NCBI GenBank assembly: GCA_003171335.1
Contig: PMYD01000025.1
Coordinates: 2,682-66,681, forward strand
Direction of reading: 5' to 3'
DNA: 64,000 nt
Source: Phycisphaerales bacterium
GTDB taxonomy: Bacteria; Planctomycetota; Phycisphaerae; SM23-33; FEN-1343
Notes under the pieces: model-generated
Database searches by the model: none
The model's input: only the letters and a program-made list of their open reading frames with translations
Told to the model about the DNA's origin: nothing
Made by a program: the position numbers and the translations under genes
In this document: positions 16,399 through 24,259 of the stretch, in pieces
Layout of the letters: every line of letters starts with the position of its first letter
Position numbering within the stretch: the first letter of the stretch is position 1

Positions 16399-18405
16399 TC
16401 ATTCTTTTCCTTCCCTGCGTGGCAGCGTAATGGCGAAAGTCGTTCCCGTCGGCCCGGCGGCCTTGTCGGCGTTGGAGGTGACCTGGATGTCGCCGCGATG
16501 CATCTTCACCACGCCATACGCCACCGCCAGCCCCAGGCCGGTGCCCACGCCGATCTGCTTGGTCGTGAAGAACGGCTCGAAGATCTTCGTCAGGTTTTCC
16601 TTGGGAATACCCACGCCGGTATCGCTGACGGCCAGCGTGACTTTATCCTCATCGCCGCCGGCGCGGAGGGTCAACGTGCCGCCGGCCTCCATGGCTGCCA
16701 CGGCGTTGGTCAGCAGGTTGGTGAGCACCTGGATCATCTGGTCGGCGTCGAGGTCCGCCTCATCGTCATCTTCGCTCAGGTCCACGTGCGTTTCCAGGCG
16801 AATGGAGTCTGGAATATTCACCGAGCGCAGCGCCCGCTGAATAAGCTGGCGCAGGCTGACCGGCTGGAGCAGCACCTTGTTCTGCCGGGCAAAGTGCAGC
16901 AGACCGGAGACGATGCGCTTGCAGCGGTCGGCCTGCTCGGTGATCACGCTCATGTCCTGGCGCAGTTGCTCATTGCCGGCGTGCTCTTCCAGCAGCAGGT
17001 GCGCGTACATCAGCACGATGCCCAGCGGGTTATTCACCTCATGCGCGATGCCCGCGGCGAGCTGGCCCATGCTGGCCAGCTTCTCCGACTGCATCAGCGC
17101 CTCCTGGGCGCTGGCAAGTTCCTTATGCGACTCGGCCAACTGCGTGACGGTGGTGTGGAGCTGGTCGATCGTGTACGGCAGGCACATCTCCGTCTCGGCC
17201 AGGCCCTTGAAGATGGCCACGGCGTGCTCGCGGCAGGTGTCGTAGCCGCAGGCGCCGCAATTCAGCTCATCGGCGGCGGTCTGCTTGCCGATGCGCGCCA
17301 GGATCTGCCGGACCTCCTCTTCAAACGGCACGCTGATATGCTGGTCCTGCGCGGTGTAAGTGCGAGACAGGTCCAGGTCGGCCAGGCTCTCCATGTCGCG
17401 CTGCCAGCGGGCCTGGTCGAAATGGCGCAGCCGCTGGCGGACGTACTCGGCCACGCGCGCCCGGCGGAAGAAGACCGGGGTCTCGGGGGAGATGCCCGGG
17501 CCAGTGATGCAGCCCTTGCAGGCTAAGAGCTCCAGCAGCCTCGCGTCCAGGTCGCCGGTCTCGAATTCCTTGATCGCATCCACAAAATCCGTGCGGCCGT
17601 CGGCGGCGACGACGTGGCCTTCGAGCAGATCCTCGTGGATGTCGGCCGCCTGCAGCAGGCCGCGGCTGATGGAAAACAGCGCCCCAAGGCCCGCGTGCGG
17701 CGCATCAAAATCATCCTGCGCCGCCGGCTTAGGGACGATGCCCGTCTGCTGAAACATCGCCCGCAGCTCGGGAAATGTCAGCGCGGCATCCACCTCGCCG
17801 GTGAGGTGTGGGTTATCCACCTCGCCCTTTTTGGCCACGCAGGGTCCGATGAACACCACGCGCAGCTTGTCATGCCGGCCGCGGCGCAGCGCGCGGGCGA
17901 TGGCCACCATGGGCGAGACGATCGGCGCCAGGGCGTCCACCAGGTCGGGGTGATATTTTTCCACGAACGCCACGACCGCCGGGCAGCTTGTGGCGATGTA
18001 CCGCCGGCCGGCCGAGGCTTCCAGCAGCTTGCGGTAGCGGTCGGCCACCAGGTCGGCCCCGAAGCCCACCTCATGCACGGCCGCGAACCCCAGCTCGCGA
18101 ATCATGCCCACCAACTGCCGCCAGGAGCACTCGGTGAACTCCGCGGGAAAGCTGGGCGCCAGCACGGCGACCACGGGCTCACCCCCCGCCAGCAGCGTGC
18201 GGACGTGAACGGTGGAGTCCAGGACGACCTTGGCCTTCTGGCTGCACACGCGGACGCAGTTGCCGCAGCCGATGCAGCGTTCCGCCAGCACCTCGGCCTG
18301 GCCCTTGCCGATGCGGATGGCCTTGGCCGGGCACTCCCGCACGCAGGTGTAGCACACCCGGCAGCGCTCTTTGGCGGTCTGGACGAGATGGGTGGCGGAG
18401 GTCAT
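16399..18405 (-). CDS. sensory [FeFe]-hydrogenase-like protein (HydS-type H-domain) fused to a histidine kinase
   Basis: Verified ATG (complement of 18403-18405): MTSATHLVQTAKE... Two ferredoxin [4Fe-4S] motifs: CRVCYTCVRECP and CIGCGNCVRVC. Degenerate H-cluster motifs: ATSCPAV (L1 with a single Cys), GPCVAKKGE (L2, Gly in place of Met), ELLACKGCITGPG (L3, Leu in place of Met). Extra C-terminal NCGACGYDTCREHAVAIFKGLAETEMC (Cx2Cx4Cx16C). Then HisKA H-box ..GIAHEVNNPLG.. and HATPase ..DTGVGIP.., ..GTGLGLAVAYG... Confidence 0.75.
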   Translation of the reverse strand: MTSATHLVQTAKERCRVCYTCVRECPAKAIRIGKGQAEVLAERCIGCGNCVRVCSQKAKVVLDSTVHVRTLLAGGEPVVAVLAPSFPAEFTECSWRQLVGMIRELGFAAVHEVGFGADLVADRYRKLLEASAGRRYIATSCPAVVAFVEKYHPDLVDALAPIVSPMVAIARALRRGRHDKLRVVFIGPCVAKKGEVDNPHLTGEVDAALTFPELRAMFQQTGIVPKPAAQDDFDAPHAGLGALFSISRGLLQAADIHEDLLEGHVVAADGRTDFVDAIKEFETGDLDARLLELLACKGCITGPGISPETPVFFRRARVAEYVRQRLRHFDQARWQRDMESLADLDLSRTYTAQDQHISVPFEEEVRQILARIGKQTAADELNCGACGYDTCREHAVAIFKGLAETEMCLPYTIDQLHTTVTQLAESHKELASAQEALMQSEKLASMGQLAAGIAHEVNNPLGIVLMYAHLLLEEHAGNEQLRQDMSVITEQADRCKRIVSGLLHFARQNKVLLQPVSLRQLIQRALRSVNIPDSIRLETHVDLSEDDDEADLDADQMIQVLTNLLTNAVAAMEAGGTLTLRAGGDEDKVTLAVSDTGVGIPKENLTKIFEPFFTTKQIGVGTGLGLAVAYGVVKMHRGDIQVTSNADKAAGPTGTTFAITLPRREGKE

Positions 18406-18429
18406 GACAACCTCGGGCGTATTGCTGAA

Positions 18430-18551
18430 GGAATTGCGAATTGCAAATTGCAAATTGCAAATTGGGGAACTCCGAACCTCCCGCCGCTGTGGGCAGTGAG
18501 TGGCGATCCGGTGTCCCTGAATTGGCAATTTGCAATTCGCAATTGGCAATC
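18430..18551. repeat. palindromic element: (AATTGCA)n left arm and inverted (TGCAATT/TGGCAATT) right arm flanking an ~55 bp GC-rich core
   Basis: GGAATTGCGAATTGCAAATTGCAAATTGCAAATTGG ... GAATTGGCAATTTGCAATTCGCAATTGGCAATC. Sits immediately upstream of the HydS-HK start and downstream of the CheY gene stop. Confidence 0.8.
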
Positions 18552-18555
18552 TCTT

Positions 18556-18972
18556 CTAGCTGTCGTTTGGCGCGCAGGCCTTGTCGCCCAGCAGCCGGGC
18601 GACCTCCGCGCGGATCTGCTCAGCGCGGACGGGTTTATCGAGGATCAGGTCGGCCTTGACCCAGCTCTTGGCGTCTTCATCGTTGGGCACGAACGACAGG
18701 CCCGTGGCGGCGGCGACGGAGGTCAGCAGGATGACCGGCACATCCCCGTGCACGCGCTTGAGGTGGTAGGCCAGCACGAAGCCGCTGTCCATCTGCTCCA
18801 TCATCAGGTCCAGGATGGCCAGGTCGGGCTTTTGGCCTAAGAGCAGCTCCTCGCCCTGGCGCTGGCTGTGGCCGGCCTGCACCTCGTAGCCGTCGGCCTG
18901 GAGCACCAAGGTGAGTTGGGAAACGATGTCTTCGTCATCATCCACAATCAAGATTCTGGGCTTGCTGTTCAT
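18556..18972 (-). CDS. single-domain CheY-like response regulator (receiver only)
   Basis: Verified ATG (complement of 18970-18972): MNSKPRILIVDDDEDIV.. REC hallmarks ..DLAILDLMM.. and ..LLTSV... No output domain. Confidence 0.75.
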   Translation of the reverse strand: MNSKPRILIVDDDEDIVSQLTLVLQADGYEVQAGHSQRQGEELLLGQKPDLAILDLMMEQMDSGFVLAYHLKRVHGDVPVILLTSVAAATGLSFVPNDEDAKSWVKADLILDKPVRAEQIRAEVARLLGDKACAPNDS

Positions 18973-18992
18973 TTTCAAATGTCTCTCAGTTC

Positions 18993-19115
18993 GATTGCAA
19001 ATTGCCAATTGCAAATTGCCAATTAAAAACTCTTCCGCAGGAAGTGCCGCTTGATCGGCGCGGCGCCTCGCCGCAGCTCTTCAATTTGCAATTTGCAATT
19101 GGCAATTGGCAATCC
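18993..19115. repeat. palindromic element with (AATTGCA/AATTGCC) heptamer arms, related to 18430..18551
   Basis: GATTGCAAATTGCCAATTGCAAATTGCCAATT ... CAATTTGCAATTTGCAATTGGCAATTGGCAATCC. Fills the hydA-stop / CheY-start spacer. Confidence 0.8.
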
Positions 19116-20837
19116 TTACAGGGGAACTTCCCGCTTATGGTAGTGCGTGTGCAACAGGTGGTGGCTCTTCTCGCCCAGGGGCTTGCCCAGGAACTCGTCG
19201 TACAGCCGCGTGATCCAGGGGTTGGCGTGACTGACGCGGCGCGGCTCATCGCGGTCGATCTTGTACAGGGCCTGCATGCGCGCCCGCACCGACTCGAGGT
19301 CGGCGCCGATGGGCTGGCCGCCGCCGTTGATGCAGCCGCCGGGGCAGGTCATGATCTCGATGAACTGGAGGTCTTTGCGCCCGGCCCGCAACTGGTCCAA
19401 GAGCTGGCGGGCGTTGCCCAGGCCGCTGGCGACGGCGGCGCCGACGTCCAGCGTGCCGATGGTGGTGCGAAGCTCCTTGATGCCCTTCATGCCGCGCAGC
19501 GGCTGGATCTTCAAATCGCCCATCTCCTGGCCGGTGATCAGGTAGTACGCCGTGCGGACGGCCGCCTCCATGACGCCGCCGGAGGCGCCGAAAATCTTGC
19601 CGGCGGTAGTGCGCTCGCCGAAGGGCGTATCGGCCGCCTCGGCCTCCAGGGCCGCCAGGTTCACGCCGAACATCCGCAGCAACTGGCCCAGCTCGCGGGT
19701 GGTCAGCACGTAGTCCACATCGGGGACGTGGTTGGGCTGCATCTCCGGCCGCGCGCACTCGAACTTCTTGGCCGTGCAGGGCATGATCGACACGCTCACG
19801 ATATTGCCCGGCTCGATGTTCTCGCGCTGGGCGAAGAAGCTCTTGATGATCGCCCCCATCATCTGCTGGGGGCTCTTGCACGTGGAGAGGTTGGGGATGA
19901 ACTCCGGGTAGAACTGCTCCACGAATTTGATCCAGCCGGGCGAGCAACTGGTCATCATGGGCAGCACGCCGCCGGTGGTGACGCGATGCACCAGCTCGCT
20001 GGCCTCTTCCATGATGGTCAGATCGGCGGCAAACGAGGTATCAAAAACGCGGTCAAAGCCCACGCGGCGCAGGGCGGCCACCATCTTGCCGTCCACGTCC
20101 GTGCCGGGCTTTAAGCCGACTTCCTCGGCCAGGCTCACGGAGACCGCCGGGGCATGCTGGGCGATGACCAGCTTGGTCGGGTCGGCCAGGGCCGCCACCA
20201 CGGCGTCGAGGCTGGAGCGCTCGGACAGCGCGCCCGTCGGGCAGACCAGGATGCACTGCCCGCAGTTGATGCAACTGGAGAGGTTGAGCCCGGCGTTAAA
20301 CGCCGTGCCCACGAACGCCCGGCTGCCGCGGGCGATGAAATCCACGGCCGAGACGGTCTGGTATTCCTCGCACATGCGGACGCACCGGCCGCACAGGATG
20401 CACTTGCTCGGGTCGCGCAGGATGGAGGGGCTGGAGACATCCAGCTCACGTTTGCTCTTGGCGCCGCGATACAGCCGCTGGCGCACGCCCAGGTCCATCG
20501 CCAGGTGTTGCAGTTCGCACTTGCCGCCGCGCGGGCAGTACAGGCAGTCGTCGGGGTGGTTGCTCAGGAGCAGTTCCACGATGGTCCGCCGGGCCTCCAG
20601 CACGCGCGGGGTGCGGGTGCGGATCTTCAGCCCTTCGCTCACCGGGCAGGAGCAGGCGGTGACCAGGTTGCCCGTGCCTTCCACCTCGACCACGCACAGC
20701 CGGCAGGCGCCGCTGGGCGCCAGCCCGTCCATGTGGCACAGCGTGGGCACGTGAATGCCCTCGCGCCGCAGCGCCAGCAGAATCGTCTCGCCCGGCTTGG
20801 CCGCAATCTCGCGGCCGTCCGCTAGAAAAGTAGTCAT
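19116..20837 (-). CDS. hydA: [FeFe]-hydrogenase catalytic subunit HydA (M3-type, CpI/bifurcating-like), with an unusual L1 motif
   Basis: Verified ATG (complement of 20835-20837, GAGGAT SD). N-terminal 2Fe-2S ferredoxin-like domain. His-ligated cluster motif HPDDCLYCPRGGKC. Two 4Fe-4S motifs CILCGRCVRMC and CINCGQCILVCP. H-cluster motifs MMTSCSPGW (L1, normally TSCCPxW), MPCTAKKFE (L2), EIMTCPGGCINGGGQP (L3). Confidence 0.9.
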   Translation of the reverse strand: MTTFLADGREIAAKPGETILLALRREGIHVPTLCHMDGLAPSGACRLCVVEVEGTGNLVTACSCPVSEGLKIRTRTPRVLEARRTIVELLLSNHPDDCLYCPRGGKCELQHLAMDLGVRQRLYRGAKSKRELDVSSPSILRDPSKCILCGRCVRMCEEYQTVSAVDFIARGSRAFVGTAFNAGLNLSSCINCGQCILVCPTGALSERSSLDAVVAALADPTKLVIAQHAPAVSVSLAEEVGLKPGTDVDGKMVAALRRVGFDRVFDTSFAADLTIMEEASELVHRVTTGGVLPMMTSCSPGWIKFVEQFYPEFIPNLSTCKSPQQMMGAIIKSFFAQRENIEPGNIVSVSIMPCTAKKFECARPEMQPNHVPDVDYVLTTRELGQLLRMFGVNLAALEAEAADTPFGERTTAGKIFGASGGVMEAAVRTAYYLITGQEMGDLKIQPLRGMKGIKELRTTIGTLDVGAAVASGLGNARQLLDQLRAGRKDLQFIEIMTCPGGCINGGGQPIGADLESVRARMQALYKIDRDEPRRVSHANPWITRLYDEFLGKPLGEKSHHLLHTHYHKREVPL

Positions 20838-20852
20838 GCCATATCCTCGTTA

Positions 20853-20975
20853 CCGTGGCACGGGCGTCTCGCCCGTGAGTCGCACGGGCATCTTGCCCGT
20901 GATCCGGCCGTTTCTTCTCAGTTTCCACGGGCGAGACGCCCGTGGCACTCATGGGCGGGACGCCCATGCTACTCT
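20853..20975. repeat. cluster of four CACGGGCG-NNNN-GCCCGTG family hairpins in the hydB-hydA intergenic spacer
   Basis: CACGGGCGTCTCGCCCGTG, CACGGGCATCTTGCCCGTG, CACGGGCGAGACGCCCGTGGCAC, CATGGGCGGGACGCCCATG, all read directly. A second cluster of the same family is at 38676..38795. Confidence 0.85.
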
Positions 20976-23900
20976 TAATCCGGTTGCGTGAACTCCAGGT
21001 CGCAGCGCAGGCAGCGGCGGGCCTCCTTGACGGCATCCGCCTCGCTGATACACAGCTCGACCTCGGCGAAGGTGCACTTGCGCTGGCCCACGGGCAGCTC
21101 GGGGCACTTGACGCGCTCGACGATTGTCTCCGACTCCTCATCGTCGCCGCCGCCCGCCACGGGCGCCACGTACACCCCCGGCACGATGGCCTTGGGCAGC
21201 ACGCGCATGGCCTTGCCGCGGACGAACCGGTCGATCATGGCCGCCGCTTGCTTGCCGGTGCCCACCGCCGCAATGACGGTGGCCGGCCCGGTCACGGCGT
21301 CGCCGCCGGCGAAGATGCCCGTGCGACTGGTCTGGAAGCTCTCGCCGTTGGTCGCCACCGAGCCCCAGCGCGTAAGCGTCAATTGTTCGAGACCCTCGGT
21401 CTCGGGCTCCTCGCTGATGGCCACGACCAGCGTGTCCAGCTCCAGGTCGAATTCCGAGCCGGCGATCGGCACGGGCCGTTGCCTTCCGGAGGCATCGCGC
21501 TCGCCCAGCTTGTTGCGCTGCAGGCGCAGGCCGGTGAGCTTGCCATCTTTCGTGTGCACGGCCAGCGGGGCGACCAGCTCTTCAAGCTTGACGCCCTCTT
21601 GCAGCCCGGCCTCGACCTCTTCGTGGTAAGCCGGCATCTCCTCGCGCGTGCGGCGGTACAGCACCGTGACGCTGGTGACGCCTTTTTGCCGCAGGGCCAC
21701 GCGGGCGGCATCCATGGCGGAGTTGCCGCCGCCGATCACGCCCACCCGCCCGTGCGCCAGCTCCTGCCCGTGCAGGTTATGGGCCTTGAGGAAGGTCATG
21801 CTCGGGATGACGCCGCGGGCATCCTCGCCGGCTAGATCAAGCTTCTTGGACTTATGAGCGCCCGTGGCCACATAGACCGCGCTAAAACCCTGGGCCAGCA
21901 GGTCGTCCAGGCTGAAATCGCGGCCCAGTGCCGTGTTGTAGCGGATCTCGACGTTGGGATTGGTCAGCGCATCGATCTCCCGCCGCAACAGATCGCGCGG
22001 CAGCCGGTACGCCGGGATGGCGCCCACCAGCATGCCGCCGGGCTTGGCCTCGCGCTCAAAGACGGTCACGCGATGGCCCATCAGCGACAGGCAGTTGGCG
22101 GCCGTGAGGCCCGATGGCCCCGCGCCGATGACGGCGATCTTCGCCGCATTGGCCGCCGCCGGCGCCACCGCGGGCGTACCGACGCCGGGGCTGACGTGGT
22201 CCACGACGAACCGCTTGAGCGTACGCACGGCCACCGACTCACCGCCGGTTGAGCCGGCGCGGCAGGCGTGCTCGCACGGGTGATGGCACACGCGGGCGCA
22301 GGCCGAGGGGAACGGGTTACTCTGCCGGATCACCCGGTAGGCCTCCTCGTATTCGCCGCGGCCGATGTGGGCCACGTACCGCCACACTTCCGTGCCGGCG
22401 GGGCAGGCGTTCTGGCAGGGCGCGCCCACCAGGCTCTTGCACGCCCCGGCGGGGCAGCGGCGCTCGAAGACATGCGCCTCGTATTCCGCGCGGAACCATT
22501 TCAGCGTGCTCAGCACCGGGTTGGCGGCGGTCTGACCTAAGCCGCACAGGCTGGTGGCCTTGATCATCTCGCCCAGCCGCTCCAGGTGCATGATGCCCTG
22601 CACCCGCAGCAGGCTGTCGAAGGGGCTCTCCTGGCGCGGGCTGCGCGTCAACGCCTGGAGGATTTCCAGCATGCGCTTGGTGCCTTCGCGGCAGGGAATG
22701 CACTTGCCGCAGCTCTCCGACTGGATGAACTCCATGAAGAACTTGGCGAAATCGACCATGCAGGTCGCCTGATCAACCACCACCAGGCCCCCCGAACCCA
22801 TGATGGTCCCAAACTTCTTGAGCGCCTCGTAATCGGTCGGAATATCCAGCTCTTTTTCCGGCACGCAGCCGCCGGAGGGCCCGCCGATCTGCACGGCTTT
22901 GCACGCCTTGTTGTTGGGAATGCCGCCGCCGATATCAAACACCACCTGCCGCAGCGTGGTGCCCATGGGCACCTCCACCAGGCCGGTGCGGCGGACCATG
23001 CCCGAGAGGGCGAACACCTTGGTGCCCTTGGAGCTGGCCGTGCCCATGGCGGCGTACCACTGCGGGCCAATGTCAAGAATAAGGGGCAGATTCGCCAGCG
23101 TCTCCACGTTGTTGATGACCGTGGGCTTGCCGAACAGGCCCTTGACCGCCGGGTAGGGCGGCCGCGGCCGCGGCATGCCGCGCCGGCCTTCGATGCTGTG
23201 GATGAGCGCCGTTTCCTCGCCGCACACGAACGCGCCGGCGCCCTGCTTGATGACGATCTCCAGGGAGAAGCCGCTGTCCAGCACGTTCTCGCCGATCAGC
23301 CGGTACTGCCGCGCCTGGGCCATCGCCTGCTGAAGGCGGCGGATGGCCACGGGGTACTCGGCGCGGATGTAGATGTACGCCTTGGACGCGCCGATGGCGT
23401 AGGCCGCGATGAGCATGCCTTCCAGCAGCCGGTGCGGATCGCTCTCGCCCACGGCCCGGTCCATGAACGCGCCGGGGTCGCCCTCGTCGGCGTTGCAGAT
23501 GAGATATTTCTGGTTCGCCTGGGAGGCGCGGGCGAATTTCCACTTCTTGCCAGTGGGGAACCCGCCGCCGCCGCGGCCGCGCAGGCCGCTGGCTTCCACC
23601 TGGTCGCAGACTTCCTCGGGCGTCATCTTGCCCAGCACCTTGGCCACGGCCGAGTAGCCGCCCCAGGCGATGTATTCATCGATGCTTCCCGGGTCCAACA
23701 GGCCGCTGGTGGCCAGCACCACGCGCCGCTGGCGGATGAGGAACGGGTGCTCGTCGAGATAGCGCACCTGGTCCCAGGGCTTTAGCAAGAGCCCTTCCTG
23801 CCGGAACTGGCCCAGCGCCGCGCCCTCGGCGACCTTGGCATCGACCAGCACCGCCTTGAGCACGGCCTCGACCTTGTCGGCCGTGGCATTTCCAAAGCAG

Positions 23901-24259
23901 ATGCGCGTGCGGCCGGGCATCTGCACATCGAGCAGGGGCTCTTCCGAGCACAGGCCGATGCAGCCGACCTCGATCACCTCGGCATCGAGATTGCCCTTGG
24001 CGATGTACTCGCGCACGGCGGCGAGCGTTTTGCCCGCCCCAGCGCCCAGGCCGCACGTGCCGGTGCCGATGAAGATCACCGGCTTGGCCACATCCTGGCG
24101 GCGCAGGGCCGACAGCCGCCCGGCCAGCACATCGGCCCCCGCGCTCTTGGCGGCGGCCAGCGGGCCGGCGGGAATCCAGTCCAAGAGCTCGGGCGAGACC
24201 GGCCGAGCGCCCAGCCAGCAACGATCAAAAGCCACGGCAGCGGTATTAGCATCCGGCAT
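20975..24259 (-). CDS. hydB: hydrogenase NADH-dehydrogenase-like subunit HydB: NuoF (51 kDa, FMN/NAD-binding) fused to a C-terminal GltD-like FAD/NAD(P) oxidoreductase domain
   Basis: Verified ATG (complement of 24257-24259). NuoF hallmarks ..GGGGFPTGKKW.., ..LICNADEGDPGAF... Cys-rich Fe-S motifs. Then a GltD-like region: ..CQNACPAG.., ..KIAVIGAGPSGLTAA.., ..GRVGVIGGGNSAMD... Confidence 0.85.
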   Translation of the reverse strand: MPDANTAAVAFDRCWLGARPVSPELLDWIPAGPLAAAKSAGADVLAGRLSALRRQDVAKPVIFIGTGTCGLGAGAGKTLAAVREYIAKGNLDAEVIEVGCIGLCSEEPLLDVQMPGRTRICFGNATADKVEAVLKAVLVDAKVAEGAALGQFRQEGLLLKPWDQVRYLDEHPFLIRQRRVVLATSGLLDPGSIDEYIAWGGYSAVAKVLGKMTPEEVCDQVEASGLRGRGGGGFPTGKKWKFARASQANQKYLICNADEGDPGAFMDRAVGESDPHRLLEGMLIAAYAIGASKAYIYIRAEYPVAIRRLQQAMAQARQYRLIGENVLDSGFSLEIVIKQGAGAFVCGEETALIHSIEGRRGMPRPRPPYPAVKGLFGKPTVINNVETLANLPLILDIGPQWYAAMGTASSKGTKVFALSGMVRRTGLVEVPMGTTLRQVVFDIGGGIPNNKACKAVQIGGPSGGCVPEKELDIPTDYEALKKFGTIMGSGGLVVVDQATCMVDFAKFFMEFIQSESCGKCIPCREGTKRMLEILQALTRSPRQESPFDSLLRVQGIMHLERLGEMIKATSLCGLGQTAANPVLSTLKWFRAEYEAHVFERRCPAGACKSLVGAPCQNACPAGTEVWRYVAHIGRGEYEEAYRVIRQSNPFPSACARVCHHPCEHACRAGSTGGESVAVRTLKRFVVDHVSPGVGTPAVAPAAANAAKIAVIGAGPSGLTAANCLSLMGHRVTVFEREAKPGGMLVGAIPAYRLPRDLLRREIDALTNPNVEIRYNTALGRDFSLDDLLAQGFSAVYVATGAHKSKKLDLAGEDARGVIPSMTFLKAHNLHGQELAHGRVGVIGGGNSAMDAARVALRQKGVTSVTVLYRRTREEMPAYHEEVEAGLQEGVKLEELVAPLAVHTKDGKLTGLRLQRNKLGERDASGRQRPVPIAGSEFDLELDTLVVAISEEPETEGLEQLTLTRWGSVATNGESFQTSRTGIFAGGDAVTGPATVIAAVGTGKQAAAMIDRFVRGKAMRVLPKAIVPGVYVAPVAGGGDDEESETIVERVKCPELPVGQRKCTFAEVELCISEADAVKEARRCLRCDLEFTQPD

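Noticed and set aside
18430-19115. Sigma-54 (-24 GG / -12 GC) promoters within the TTGGCAATTTGCAATT heptamer arrays
   Set aside because: The GG..GC spacing does not fit the TGGCAC-N5-TTGCA geometry in any register, and no sigma-54 activator (AAA+ domain) is encoded nearby.
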